Assembly: GCA_964016885.1 (NCBI GenBank)
Contig: OZ024740.1
Span: 94,302,001-94,366,000, forward strand
DNA: 64,000 nt
Source: Eledone cirrhosa
Lineage: Eukaryota
Direction of reading: 5' to 3'
Part shown: positions 38,505-52,510 of the stretch, piece after piece
Numbering within the stretch: position 1 is the stretch's first letter
Layout: the number at the start of each line of letters is the position of its first letter
Notes under the pieces: generated by a model
What the model saw: only the letters and a program-made list of their open reading frames with translations
The model's database searches: none
Told to the model about the DNA's origin: nothing
Translations under genes and position numbers: made by a program

Positions 38505-39250
38505 CACATCAGAAGCCACGCGTGGAACGCTCCGACGGGCGCGCGTTGCAGTTCATTTCATTCCGAAAGAATTGCATTCAAACAAGCCCTCCTATGGTTA
38601 CAGGCAGACACCAGTTGGGAGTCCTGCAATGTCATCTGTGACTGAGAGTCGCTGGTTCAAGCAGTCAACGACCCCTTCCCCCATATCCCTTTCATTACCT
38701 AGCTGCAATGGATCGCTAACAAAATTACAGCGGGGAGAACCTTAGCAGCTGTCTGGGTCCTGGGGCTCCGCAACATCAAAATGAAAGAACTGGCGGACTT
38801 CCAAACGAAACAAGGCTCAGCATCCTCTTAACTAGGAAGTTCAATCGATGCCGCCACCCGACGCGCAGTCATTCGCCTGGAATTTCGCCCACCACCGATC
38901 CAGCATCAACGTCTAACAATCAGTCTTTAGCCGCCACCCAAATGAAGGGAGTGAGCATATTCTCTCCAAAGGAGATAGGAACCATCTCGTCCGCTTCCGC
39001 AGTGGCCATCACACTTCATTAAGGAGATAGCTCCATATGATCGGTCAAGCTGACATAAACACATGCCGTCCGTGCGGAGAGGAAGAAGAATCCTCCGAAC
39101 ATATTTGGATGGGATGTCTGGCCTTGATATGGACTGTTATTACCACAACTTGGCTCCAGCAAGGATGCAATCGTGCGTCTCCCACACACCAGTCTAGCGC
39201 TACTGTGGGTATTCCTCATGCGCCTGCGGTAAGAAGAACAAAACAAAAAA
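38505..39250 (+). mobile_element. 3' fragment of an RNase H-bearing LINE (I/Nimb/Ingi-like): RNase H + C-terminal CCHC
   Basis: CSSFHSERIAFKQAL..VICD*ESL..WV..ELAD..KQG (RNase H-like), then RFRSGHH..LH.IG..CRPCGEEEESSEHIWMGC, then an A-rich end. Confidence 0.65.
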
Positions 39251-39259
39251 CGAAAAAAA

Positions 39260-42200
39260 AAACAACAGCACCAACAACAACAAGACTAGTAGCCCCAGTA
39301 GCGGTGGCAACAATGAGGTCACTGAAAGAGAGATCATCTCCTTTGAAAAGGTAGCTCGCACCCTAGATACAATCATGATCACAGAATAGGAGATGGCGGT
39401 CGCAAGGCACATGGTACCCAGAACTGAATTTTCAGTGTCCTTGAAACCACCAACCGACTTCCTAGAGGAACAAGAGCGACGTACAGTGTCATACCGCACG
39501 ATTGCCACGAAATCGCGTAATGTGGAAAAAGCCTCAGAGGCCCAAATCCAGAAGCCCTTGGGAACTGTGTGAGCACGGAAAACCGACATCACCCGTGGCA
39601 TGAAATTTGCTACTCTGGACGTCCATTTTGCTACCACCCAGGAAGGAAAATCGCACTCACTGAGGGCCCAACGGCGTGATGACAACGTTTGTCCCGTTTT
39701 ACTGCGGGAAAAACATTGTAAAGTTCAAGGTAACCAAGGTGCCGCCCTACGTACCTGTGCCTTGTCTGGACGTGTCTGTTCTAGCGGGCATCGAAGATAA
39801 AACAACCATTCTGCAGGTACAGAATTTGGGGAGAGAGGACTGGTCCGGTATTGGAATGGAAATGCTCATCAAAACCGACCAGCAATGCATCAGCACTAAT
39901 CCCGACGTAACAGACTTCGGGAATGGCTCCCACATTCACATATCTGCTGAAGGAAGGCGCCCAAAATGATTCAATTTTGGATCAAAGTCTCACCTCAGGG
40001 CTTTCTGCCCACAGAAAATAACAAAGGCCAAAGGTCACCCTCCTGCCAACGACGGAACCGCTGCCATCAGAAACAGAGCAGTCAGCGAAAAAGTCGTGAG
40101 CTTCAACAGAGAATAGGAAGACACCGTCCGTGGCACCCACACCAAGGCCACGGACAACAAAAACAATGACGGCGGCTGCAGCCACATAAGCAGGTGCATA
40201 CGCTGCACCAGTGCCAGGAGCGGCAAACGAGTCTCCAGCAACACCACAAACAACAACAAAGACAAATTAGAGGGTAGAACTCATACCACTCCCCGACCTC
40301 CCACAGTCGGAGATTGAGTATGAGGCGGCTGAGGAGTGGAAAACGGTTGTTAACAAGAAAAAAACAACAAACAAAAAAAACACCACAGCTCTTCCCTCCA
40401 AAAGCGAAGACAAAGAAAGAAAAAGACTGCAAGGAGACTTCCAGCAACACCACCAAAATCACCACCACCACCACAAGCATCACTAACACAAGCATCACCA
40501 CCATCAACAACCACACCACCAGAAGCATCACCAAAAACACCGACATCACAAACACTACAAAGCACACATACCCAAAAGCAACAACAAGAAAGCCGCAGCA
40601 AAACCACCCCTCCCCCAAAAAGTACACAGCCATAAACATTGCACGCCAAGGACTAATGGAACACATAAAACACAACACCGATATTCAAGACGTAAATTAC
40701 TGCACACCACCAACACCAAGAACATTTCCAAAAAACATTAACATTGTAGAAATTGAACTCGAAACTACAAACAATTGAAACAAAAATAACCAACAACGTT
40801 AGGGATTTCAAAGTGTCACTCTCCAAAAGAATCTACAAATATATCGTCTTGGAGACACCCATGACAGGCCAAAGGGACGGTTCTACTGTCCCTTCCCCAC
40901 AATCAAGGTAAGTGATCCTTTCTCACTTGCCCCATTCCTCATCCAACATTGTCGTACTTAGAATAGGCAGCATAAATGTACCTGGTCTGGGGTCGTCTTG
41001 GAAGGAGGGTCACCTGCTCAACGACTTCAGGTCACTAAACATAGATGTGGTGGCCATCAGCGAGACCAGAATACCCGAAGCCCGAGCCTTCGAACCGATC
41101 TTCGACTGCGACGGTGTATACATATCCGCCAGACGTACAGGATCGGGGAGTGGATTGCTGGATCTCGCCATAGTGCCATCTTCCTGGCCCAGAAGATAAA
41201 TCGACAGTCCTGGACGTGACCGGCAGCGAAGGGAATACTTTCAGCCTAGTAGCCCTCTACGCGCCAACAGGGGCAGGACGGCCAGATTCCTTCAGACGTC
41301 TAGAGACCTTTCTTGGAACGTCCAGCTCCCTACTGTTAGTGGGCGACTGGAACTGTATCTTACATGTACGCTGGGATTATGTGGGCCTAGTAGACAGGAC
41401 ATGAGTATGTAAAAGCCTCAATAACCGACAGAAGTTTTGAACTATCTGACAATTATAGGCTGGATTATCCGAATGTACCAATGTGGACATCGGCAAACCT
41501 CATCGGGTCATCCAGATCGTATTTAGATAGGGTATTATGTAGGGAAACAGATAAGGCTAGTGTAAGCTGTCCACAATTTAAAGTAGTCGACTACACAGAC
41601 AACAAATTCGTGACCTGTTAGGTTGACTTAGATAGACTCCATAGGCAAGTGCCCGTCTGGAAGCTGAACGCATCTTTCCCAGCGCGCAAAGATACAGGCA
41701 ACGGATTAGCGAATTAGTTAAGCGTGCGTTGATGGGGGCGATTATCAACAACAGGTGGTGGTTTACCCTGAAAAGGGCTATTAGATTAGAATCGATGAGG
41801 TTTAGCAAAATAGTAGTGATAGAGGAAAATAGAGTAGCGGGAGAGCTAGTTAGAAAGCTAGAAGAGGCGTTTAGGACAGGCATCGCAACCGACGTGCTTG
41901 CGGCGAGATTGGCACTCGACCAATTCTTCCTGCTCTGAGAGACGAGGGGAAAAAGCCGTTCAATGGGCCGAGGTGGTGGAGGCGCGACATCGCTACAAAT
42001 CCACAATACGGTTTTTGCCTCATCTAAACGGGCACATACTGCTCTACCCCGAGCAGATGTGTGCAGATTTTCAAAAGCACTTGGTTCGACTGTTCGGGGA
42101 TGGTGGCAGGCAGATCGGAATATGGTCTTCGATTCATACCTCGACGGACTGTCGCGGCTCTCGGAAACCGCAGAGCAGTGGTACGAAAGGCAGATAACAG

Positions 42201-43368
42201 CAGATAAATTACGGGAAGCGATATCTAATTGTACGACGGGTAAATTGCCAGGTTTGGATGGTCTGCCCTACGAGTTTGATGCCTACATGCCAGACTTTTT
42301 CGGTGATATCTTGGCAGATGTCTACTGCAACTGGCAGCACAACGGGAACATTTCTCAGTTTTGTGAGCTGGGGAGCGGTGGCGCTGTTGAGAAAAGACCC
42401 GAACACATGGGACGTCATAGACAACTTTAGGCCCATAACTCTGCTAAACACAGAGTTCAATATTTTGTTTCCTTGACGTTGAACAGATATGGTCGTCGTT
42501 TGCCACACGCGCTTTTTCCCAGCACGTCTCCTTTACGGAGCTTCAGTCCTGGATCAAAAAAAGACCGAGGGATAGCGCTTGGATGCTGGAATGTCTCCAA
42601 GGGCTCACCGCCATCTTCCAGCTGTTATTGGTGGGTCATCCACCTTGTCGTTCTATAGAGGGCTATTGGAGGGTAAGTGCGATAACGTTCTCTGGGGGTC
42701 CCTGGGGGATGAAGACGATCGTCTGTTTGCTCTCTTCAAGATAACTTTCAGACCGGAGCCTATGGACAACTTCTAGAAATCCATGTGCTGGCAGTGCTAC
42801 CGGGCAGCGTTGCCAGTTCGGGATAAGCTCGACAGCCACGGAGGTGCTGTCAGCCGAGCCTGTCCGAGATGCGCGCCGGGCGACGAAATCATTGTGCATG
42901 AACTTATTAGTGTCCGACCATTGCTGACTTGTGGAGCTATGTCGAACATCTGGTGTTACGTGTAGGACGGATCCGGCTATCGAGTGAGTCCATTGTGCAG
43001 ATAGCTCCACCGCCCTCCTTTTAGGAGGAGGGAGGGCAGGCAGTTTTCATCTGCCCTTTGGCCATGGCGAAAGAGATTGTGTGGTATACAAGGTTGACAT
43101 TGAAGACGGACATTTTCCTCTTCGGCGAATCCCTGATTAAATTTTTCAAATTTCACTTGAAGAGGAAAATCAGGGTAGAGAGGCAAGTGCTGTCTACTAG
43201 TAAGTTCGTTGAAAGGTGGATGAAAGTGGCGAGTCTGATCCAAATGAAAGGGCCCGCTATGAGTAGGAGCCTGTAGACTGAGGAAGGAGGAATGGAAAAG
43301 TGAGAGAGGTCGCTTGCTCTGGTGGTCAGGGTGGTCGTGGTCTTTTGTGTGGTTTTCGCCACAGTGAC
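39260..43368 (+). mobile_element. L1/Tx1-clade LINE copy 5 (same family as copy 2), decayed; RT core deleted at ~42475; 3' tip lost
   Basis: ORF1, APE, RT N-terminus and C-terminus homologous to 22391-27300. Confidence 0.9.
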
Positions 43369-46300
43369 ACTCTCTCGTGTCGAATCGGCAGGCCACATCC
43401 ACAATCAAGCACGATCTTTTTTCCTTGTCCAGAACCACCAGATCAGGTCTATTGTGATCCAGTTTTTTGTCCGTCTGTATCCTAAAATCCCACAGCACCT
43501 TCACATTATCGTTTTCTAACACCGACTCTGGCTTATGCTCGTACCACTTCTCAGAATGTGGTAAATTGTTTACTTGGCATAGGTGCCAGTGGACCACCCT
43601 GCCCATCACATCATATCTCCAGCCTTTATAATGAGTCTGGGGTAGGTGTTTACACTCGGATACGATGTGAGCCACAGTCTCCTCTCGCTCTCTCCACAGA
43701 TATTGTACAGTGGGCTAGCCTCCTCCTTGTAAATATGGTGTTTCAACCACTTCGTTTTGAGGGCCTGATCTTGCGCAGCATTAGCATTCCTTCTCTAGCC
43801 TTTTTAAGGTCTCCTATTTTCAACCAGTTCCATGTCTGTGGATCATTGAATTCAGTTTTCTCAAAGAAGGTACTCTGAAGGGATTTTTAATGAAATATGC
43901 CCTTTCTCCTTGTTATTTCCTCCTTGGACATCCCCTATTATATTGTCCTCTCCTTCAGTACAATTCTGAGCATTGGCTCCTTACTATCAGTCACGTATTT
44001 GTGTAGGTTGTTTTTCCCCATATGAACACAGTCCTCTATGCTGATAATATCTCTTCCACTTCCACATCTCCTTAGGTAGAGTCTATCGACATCCCTCCTC
44101 TTGTAGAACATGTTGTAGATAGTCAATAGCTTCCTAGTCTTCCTATCCATTTCTTTTTGTTCAGCAACATTCCATCTCAGAATTCCCGAACTGTACCTAA
44201 TAATAGACACAGATCGGGAATTTACTGCACTTATGGCATTCCTACTGTTCAGATGTGCCTTTAATACGCTCCTTACTCTTCGAATGTATTCAGATCTTAT
44301 CAATTCCTTCATTTTTTTGTTCTTGATGTCATCAGCCTCCAGAAGACCCAAATACTTGTATCCTTCTTCAGTGTCAATTTCCTTTATCATCTCACCTGTT
44401 GGTACCTGGATTCCGTTGCTTCTGCTCAATTTACCCAACTTCATAACAAGGACTCCACACTTACTAATACCACATTGCTTGAATATATCATTGCAGAAAA
44501 TACGGACAGTGTCAATAAACACTTCCAACTCCTTCTCACTCTTCCTGAAGAGCTTAAGATCGTCCATGAAGATAAGGTGATTGATGGTAAGCTCTCCCTT
44601 TCCCAAATTGTATCCTGCTCTCATTTTTCGCAGTATAATGGTCAGGGGAAACAGACCAAGGACAAACAACAGAGGAGACATACTATCTCCCTGGAAGATA
44701 CCTCTCTTGATTTTCACACCTCCCAAGCATTCTCCAGCTGATGTTAACTCTTTTTTCCAGGAATTCATACTTTTGTCCAACAACTGTCTGATGTTATCTG
44801 AAACCTTGAAGATCTCTAGGGCGTTGGTGATCCAAGAATGAGGCACCATGTCAAATGCCTTTTTGTAGTCTATCCATCCAATGGCAAGACCAGTGTGATT
44901 CCTCTTGCAGTTCCTAATTACCATCTTATCAATAAGTAACTGGTCTTTTGTACCACGGGACTTCTTTCGCATCCTTTCTGTTCATCCGGTAACAAGTTGT
45001 TTGTGTGGAGGTGTTGGTAGATTTCCTCAGACATAATGCTTGTCAACAGTTTCCACATTACGGACAGAGATGTGATAGGTCTATAGTTGGTAACATCATT
45101 ACCCTTGATCGGTCTTTCATTACCAGAACTGTGGTACCTGTTGTCAACCAATCTGGTACCTCACCTGACATCAAGCAGTCATTGGACATGGTTGTCAGTT
45201 TCGGGTGGAGGGATGTTATTTTTAATCCAATACCCCTGCACACCATCTGTGCAAGGTGATTTCCAGTTGGTTAGTTTTTTGGCCTGCCCCTTAAGAGTTT
45301 TAACTGTGATACACAAATCAGTTTGTTGGTGTGCCTGTTCAATAATCTCCTTTTGTACTGTCTCAAACCACACTGCCTGCTCATTATGTTTAACATCCTG
45401 CTCCCATATTCCTCTCCAGAATATCTTAGTTTGTTCCGCCTCAGGGCTCAAGTAGTTGCCTCTTTCTTTCCCTTCAAGCTGTCCAAACAACATCTTCTGG
45501 TTGTTGTCAAACATTCGGTTCTGTCTATACTGACTGACTCTGCTCTGTCTATACTGACTGACGCTGCACTCTTTGCTACAATGCGTTGCTTCAGTTCCTC
45601 TATGATAATATTTAGGTTTTTCCTCCTAGGTTTGTACTTTATTTCCAGTCTATTTTTAGTGTCTACGTTTTTTAGTGTCCCATTCAGTAAGGACTCAAGC
45701 TTTCCAATGTCATTTCTCATTTCCCTGATTTGTCAATTCAGTCGTTTCTTCCAATAAGGTTCTGATCTTTCTTGTTGTTGATTCCTCTCGCTTTCATGCC
45801 AAGCAATTTCCTCACCGTATCTGCTATTGCTTTGAGGATATTGTTGCACTGGTGAAGGCTCCTCGCCTAAAGGTATGGGATGACTTTGTTTACCTAAGCT
45901 GTTGTTTCTTTTTACTTTTTCCTGTCTACAAATCTTAGATTCATAGGTTTCCCACTATAATTGTTCAATTCATCTACCACTAAGTTTCGGATATCAACCA
46001 AATATTGTCGTAGCCCGTCAGCATTCATCTCCTCAATGGCCGTATCTTTGTTCCAGGTATTATTTATTTCAGCATTCAGATCATTGTCTGCTTCGGATGG
46101 TTCCTCCGTTCTCTCAACCTCTTCACCTTCATTTCCCACTGGCTCGTTTGCCTGACATACTACACTCTCCATTTCCAACCTAATCTCTCAGCTTAGTTCC
46201 TCCAGTTCCAGCTCGCTTATCCACCCATTAGTTCTTATTACCCGAGGCCACCCGGCCAATTTTTGTTCATCTAATTTAAATAGACCAATCTCGTTCCAGA

Positions 46301-47407
46301 TATTATGCATCCGTTTTCTCTAGCCTTTCACCTTGTGGTTACTCTTCAGGTAACATTGAATAACAGTTCTATTTAATTCTTTCATCCAGTTGGTTCTGGT
46401 CCTTTCCTTCTTTTTCATTCTCCGACAGCAGCAACATTTGGTTGACAGCCAGCTCGGTGAGAATCTGTCACATGACATTCCAGTCTCCACTTCACCGTTA
46501 TTCGAACTCTTTAGGTTGGACATTTAAACACTCTTATCAAGGATTGGTGTATGTATGGTTACATAACCACCGGTGATTTCATCACCCCCGGTGATGTTAG
46601 TGTGGCACTATCACGCTGTAGACGAACATGAATAAACAAACAAACACATAGTTAAAAAAAAACAAAAAAGAATAAGCATAAGTTTCATTGTAATGTATGT
46701 TTTAATGTCTAACTTAGTTTTTTTTTCCTTCTCTGTCTGTCTGTTTGTTTATCTTTTCATTTTTCTTTTCTTTACGTTTTTCGTTGTTGCTGTGCTGTTT
46801 TTTTTTTTTTTTTGATTTTGATTTTTTTTTTGACCGGGTTATCAAATCAGTCTATTTATATATTTTGATGCCTTCCTCTTTTAGTGGGGATACTACGATG
46901 CATGTCTTAGCAATAGGTAGTGGGAGAGAATAGTGGCGTTAGTGATAATGAGGCAGTGGTGGTGGTGGTGGTGGTGGCGCTGTGCTAGTAGTACTTAGCA
47001 GGTGGTAGTCGGAGAGAATAGCGGCGGTAGCGATAATGAGGCAGTGGTGGTGATGTGATCGTAGTACTGTAGTGATGGTGTTGAAGTTGAAGTAGAAATA
47101 GAAGTTGAGGTAACTTGACTATAGTTTTTGGCGTGGTAGTGGTGATGGTGGCGGTGGTGATGTTGGTGGTGAAATGATTTGCCTGTCTGTCCACTTAGCC
47201 ATTTAGCTATTTAGCCATGTTGCCATTTTCTTCTTTTTCGACTATAACATTTCTGATCCAAAATTAAATATTAGATATTGGAGCCCTATGCTGTAAAGTG
47301 ATGCGTTATGGCTTGCTGAGCGTTACTAAATTTGTAATAATAATTATTATATCACAGTTGTTTTAAATAAGTAAAAATCAAAAACAGCCATGTGCGTTTT
47401 CTTCCCT
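43369..47407 (-). mobile_element. R4/Dong subfamily C copy 2; 3' tip lost; 5' leader present
   Basis: 344-aa RT ORF 43938-44972 ([19 protein letters not shown]); leader matches 21480-22387. Confidence 0.92.
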
Positions 47408-47439
47408 ATCATCATTATTATTATTATTATTATTAGTAC

Positions 47440-49006
47440 AGCTGCATTTATCTTCCTTTATGTTCACACGACTTATCACCAAGTCACAACTAGTGACCTC
47501 AAGAGACAACTAGATCCGCCATGTTCAAGAAAGAATATACATACTCACACATGCATCTTTAGGTATTTAGACTTGTGATGTACTTATATTGACATAATCT
47601 TCCTTAGTATATGGGCAGTTCACATTAGTACTATATTTTGTATTTCTCCTATACGCGGGTTTCCTGGGATTTGCGACAAGATTAGACCCCTTAGGTATCA
47701 TTCCCAGAGCGCCCACAACCACTGGTATTGTTTTAGTTCTCAATTTCCACATCTTTCCAATTTCTATCTCCAGGTCCTTATACTTACTCAATTTTTCAAA
47801 TGTTTTTATAGATACATTCTTGTCTGTTGGAACGGACATATCAATTTGCAGGCATACCCTCTTTTTAAAGTCCTTCAATATTATATCAGGTCTATTTGCA
47901 TCTATTTTTCGGTCTGTTTGGATGCTAATCTTCCAGAAGATTGAGATGTGATCATTTTTAAGTATAGCAGGTGGTTGATGCTCCCACCAATTATTTTGAT
48001 GGGGCAGGTCAAGATGCTTACACATTATCCAATGTATGTATTGTGCAGCTCTGTCATGCCTATTTAGGTATTCGGTTCGAGCTATAGGACTGCACATTGA
48101 AATTATATGGTCAATGGTCTCTGGTTGTTTTTTGCATACACGGCATAATGGGCTGCACCCATTTTTTATTATGTTGGCTTGGTAATTTTTTGTTGGCAGA
48201 CACTGATCTTGTGCCGATATAATCAGTCCTTCAGTCTCCGATTTCAGTCCAGAGGATGCCAACCACTGATGGGTTAAAGTTTTGTCAACATCAGGATTGT
48301 TAGCTCGTTCTGGGTATTTTCCATACAGAGGCTTTTCTTGCCATTTCATAGCCAGTTTATTTAGCAGTTCTTTCTTTGCAGTTACTTTTACCTGCTTTGC
48401 TTTTTCTGTGTTTTCCATTTCAACAGTAAATGGGACATCTGAAATGTGTAGCCCATTACTGTGTCTTTGTGGATCTTTTGTAATGTAGTATGATCTTTTG
48501 ATGCTTTCGAGTTTCAAAACGAGTTTGATCATCCAAACATGTGATTCCCTTAGATATGTAGATAATCCAATTGTTGCAGTTTTCAACACAATGTCAAACT
48601 GAATTAACCCACGTTTTCCTTCTTTCCTGGGGAGATATATTCTATCTGTATCTGCCCTAGGGTGATGCATTCTGTGCATGGTTAAGAATTTTAGAATTTG
48701 TGTATCGAGCCTACGGATCTCTGTGCTTGACCAGTTGATGACATTGTAACTGTAGGTTACTACTAGTTTGGCAAGCCTGTTTATACCATCGATCCTATTC
48801 CTTGCATTCAATTCCGTTCTTAAGATTGCTCTTACTCTGCGGTAACATTCATTCCTTATCCTTTCCCTCATTGTCGAGTGCTTGATTCCGTCTCCTTCAT
48901 AAACACCTAGATATTTGTAAGTTTCCTATTGATCAAGTTCTCTTATCACATTCCCTCGATCAATATTAATGTCTGAAATGTTCAGCAGATTTCCTCTGGT
49001 GAACGT
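47440..49006 (-). mobile_element. 5'-truncated Dong family A copy 2
   Basis: 434-aa ORF 47567-48871 with CCHC and RLE; 3'UTR matches 2330-2469; (TAA)n tail. Confidence 0.93.
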
Positions 49007-49016
49007 TCATCAAATA

Positions 49017-49050
<34 letters not shown>

Positions 49051-49245
49051 GATATATGAGAGGGATGAACACAGATATAACAATACACGTGTTCCAATTG
49101 CAAATGACCAAATTAGCTAGGTTGAAAAATACTAACTGAAAACAATATTGTTTCCTGACTCGATTTAACATAATAAATCAATTGAAATAACAAACATATA
49201 TCGGCAAATAGCCTAAGATACCCGGACAGACATGAATCTGTTTCG

Positions 49246-49287
<42 letters not shown>

Positions 49288-51248
49288 GCACACACACACA
49301 GACACACATAAATATATATATACATATATCATGATTGAGGCATCGCAGCCGGTGTGGCAATTGATTTCTTGTTAAGCAGCAAATCGTACACGGTACTGTA
49401 ACACACGCATATCTGTACAATTTCTAAGCGGCTATTCGTTCAAATGTACTCCAGCAGAGAAGAATCGGATCAATGTTTCAGTCCTTACTACCATGACCTA
49501 CCCTGGCTGACGGCTAGAGAGGCGGAGTGTTGCGAGGAACCGATAACATCTAGTGAAATATAATAGAAGAGGACTAGCTGCACGAGAGAAAAATGACCTG
49601 AATTTGATAAGCAGCGCCAATAGTGTCTTCTAAGAAACATATTAAACTATTTCAATCTTCTATTTAGAAAGAAATATAGTTAGCCTTCCTGTACTTTCAG
49701 TGTATGCATATTATTCTTTTACGTGACTCAAACAATAAACACATTGAGTTTAAGTTTTGGTTATACTTACCAATGCAACTGCACATAATATTTTCAAACT
49801 TCATATCAATATACGTGATTTAGTCATAATTCCCAATTTAAATATAATTTCTTTGAAACTCTGAATGATGCACCAATACCGATAACAATGTCCCCTACGA
49901 TACGTCATCAGTTAATGAATGTATGCTGATTACATTATTTACTTGTATAACTATTCTCAAAAAGTTCATACAAAAACAATCATTTGGAATACATATATTT
50001 TCACTCAATGGCATTTGTATAAATATCCCATGTAAAATTGTGAGAAATCATTGTATATTTATTTGATTAGCAGCAATATAGTCTGAGAACAAAATCTATT
50101 TTAATCGAGACATTATTAACCTTATTATTTCCTGTGCAATTAAACAATATCCATCGGTTTTAATGACAAATATACAGAGGTGATATACCGAAATATGTTT
50201 TGTGATTAAATAACTACTTCACCACGGATACAAATACGCTCCACTTGATATTATATCGAATTTGAAATATTTTAGCCTGAAAATGAATTATATTTTACAT
50301 ATCCTATTAAATAATACAATAGCAATTACAATTATCAAAAGAAGAATAAACGAGATAATTATCCGATAATCTTTCCATCGTTGAAAAAAATATACCTTTG
50401 AATCAATACGTTTGTTTATACATATGCATATTAAATATTTGTTAACGTAGGATGAATAAGGTAATTTGAAATAGTCTCCACGTTGCTAATGACTATTAAA
50501 ATAATTGATAATTATAAATGTTGAACTCTTCAATGACGTTAACAGAAAAGTACTTAAGTTTAAATATCATCTCAGGCAGGCATTGTGAATAACGTATAAG
50601 ATATACCGATCAGTGGAAAACAGTAGTTGGTTGTTCGAAATTTTAGTCAGCATATGGTCTGTGGTGGTAATATCATTCAATTAATATATGGATGTTTATG
50701 GGTGTGTTTAGAATGTGGCAGATCTTAGCTAGCTCTAACGCAAAACTTAACTATAAACTCTAAAGCTGGCAATAAAGCAATTATGTTCATAATGTCTTAT
50801 CTCTATCTTGACACGATTCAAATACTGGAAAGTATTTTCGCTTGTTACTAGTGGTGTAGATTTGACAGAAACCTGCTGCGTGTTTTCATGACAATAATAT
50901 ATTAGTGTCATCTAATTGCTCGTGTTAGGGACCATTTTGGTTGGAACGCGATATAAATATCATAATCGATGGTGTGTCGGTTCGTTTCTTAGTAGTTGTT
51001 GCATGTTATGGTGGAAAACATAATAGGTTAATATATATATTTTGTCATGAATGCGAGACGTTTAGGATTCTACAAGTAAAGTTGTAAAACGTAGTAAAAT
51101 GAGAACTATTTGCAGTAAGAATGTAAGTCATGACCAAATGCATAATTAAATATATATTTTAACATGAATAATGATTACGTAAAATAATGATTAAATATAT
51201 ATTTTAACATGAATAATGTTTACGTACATAATGATTACGTAAAATAAT

Positions 51249-51434
51249 TATTTCTACTTTTGGCACAAGGCCAGCAGTTACCCAGTACATTACTGGTACT
51301 TTATTTTATCGGCCCCGTAAGGATGAAATGCAAAGTTAACCTCGGCGGCATTTGAACGCAGACCATAAATCGCCGTATCTCTTGGCTGCAAAGCATGGCG
51401 TCCGACCCTCTATCGATACAGCCAATCCAGCGCC
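51249..51434 (-). mobile_element. tRNA-derived SINE with a probable 17-bp target-site duplication
   Basis: Reverse complement of the same SINE family; tgattacgtaaaataat flanks both sides (51232-51248 and 51435-51451). Confidence 0.8.
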
Positions 51435-52319
51435 TGATTACGTAAAATAATGATTACATAAACTATTTATCATTCATTCAGTACGTGATAAAGTAGTGGA
51501 CATTTATATTATTATTTGCAGCCCAGTTTAACGTTTGCGTGTTTAAAATAACCATTTGAAAAGAGATTGGTTGTCATCTTATTAACACTCTCTGGTATCT
51601 CTTCTACTAAAGAGAGTGGTATGAACAGAGGTAGCATTATTTTTCTCCATAGCTACACATTGTAGTGGCACAAACGAACATGAAAAAGAGCTGCAACTCT
51701 AACCAGAAATGACAAGAGGACCGTTCAACATAATGTTTTTGGTATGTCATGGTTGTCCGTCTTTGTCTCTAGTGTATGTGGGGTGACACTTGAGTCACCA
51801 GTACACGAATTGAAGACGTTTAGAGGCATCTCGCACGACATAGAATATGGGACATTCGTGCCATTAAATGCAAATGAGTCTACAATAGAGATGTCGAGTA
51901 TCAAACATGTTAAGGTGGTCAGCACCCTAATTGTGTAATGCATGGTGTGTAATGTTTGGTGCATGTAGTGGCCATCAATGCCATTCAAAAGCATTGCCGG
52001 GCGTTGGACAGGATCTGAAACAACAAATTCTGGGACAATATGGCAACCAAGCACACCACTCTCACTCGGAAATGCGGAACGCGTCCCTCATCTTCTAACG
52101 ATTGTCCAGTTCTATGTCTAATCACCCTGTGGGGTTTGCTATTTCTTTTTTTATGAAGTAGGTGAATGCAAAAAGTCAAGTAGTTCAATATATTCCAACA
52201 ACTGCTGTGTAGAGAAATGGGTATGCCGTGGCTGACGATACCAAAGCAAGCGCGCAGTCTACGTCATCTCTAGCTTTTCTTCGAGGGTAAATAAGAGCAG
52301 TCTATCTTTGTTGCTACAT

Positions 52320-52510
52320 ATTTCCACAGCTCGTCTCCTCAACTGAGCTGCAGACTTGGGTTAAAAGAAGACCGGGAGGGAGTGCTTGAAAACTAGAGTG
52401 TCTTAAGGCGCTCACTACCTTCACCGATGTGGCACTATTTTGCATGAAAACGCCAACTTAACGTCGATGGTTAGTGGTGGGTTAAATCGACAACGTCCTG
52501 TTGGAGAACA
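52320..52510 (+). mobile_element. Short Tx1 ORF2 fragment
   Basis: ttccacagctcgtctcc..gagctgcag..gggt..aagaccg matches ~26445-26550. Confidence 0.7.

Noticed and set aside
51145-51250. Short direct repeats (possible array)
   Set aside because: AT-rich minisatellite-like duplication with no spacer structure; not CRISPR-like.
51577-52310. Moderately GC-rich stretch with short ORFs (possible exon or TE)
   Set aside because: No recognisable motif in any frame and no supported splice structure.
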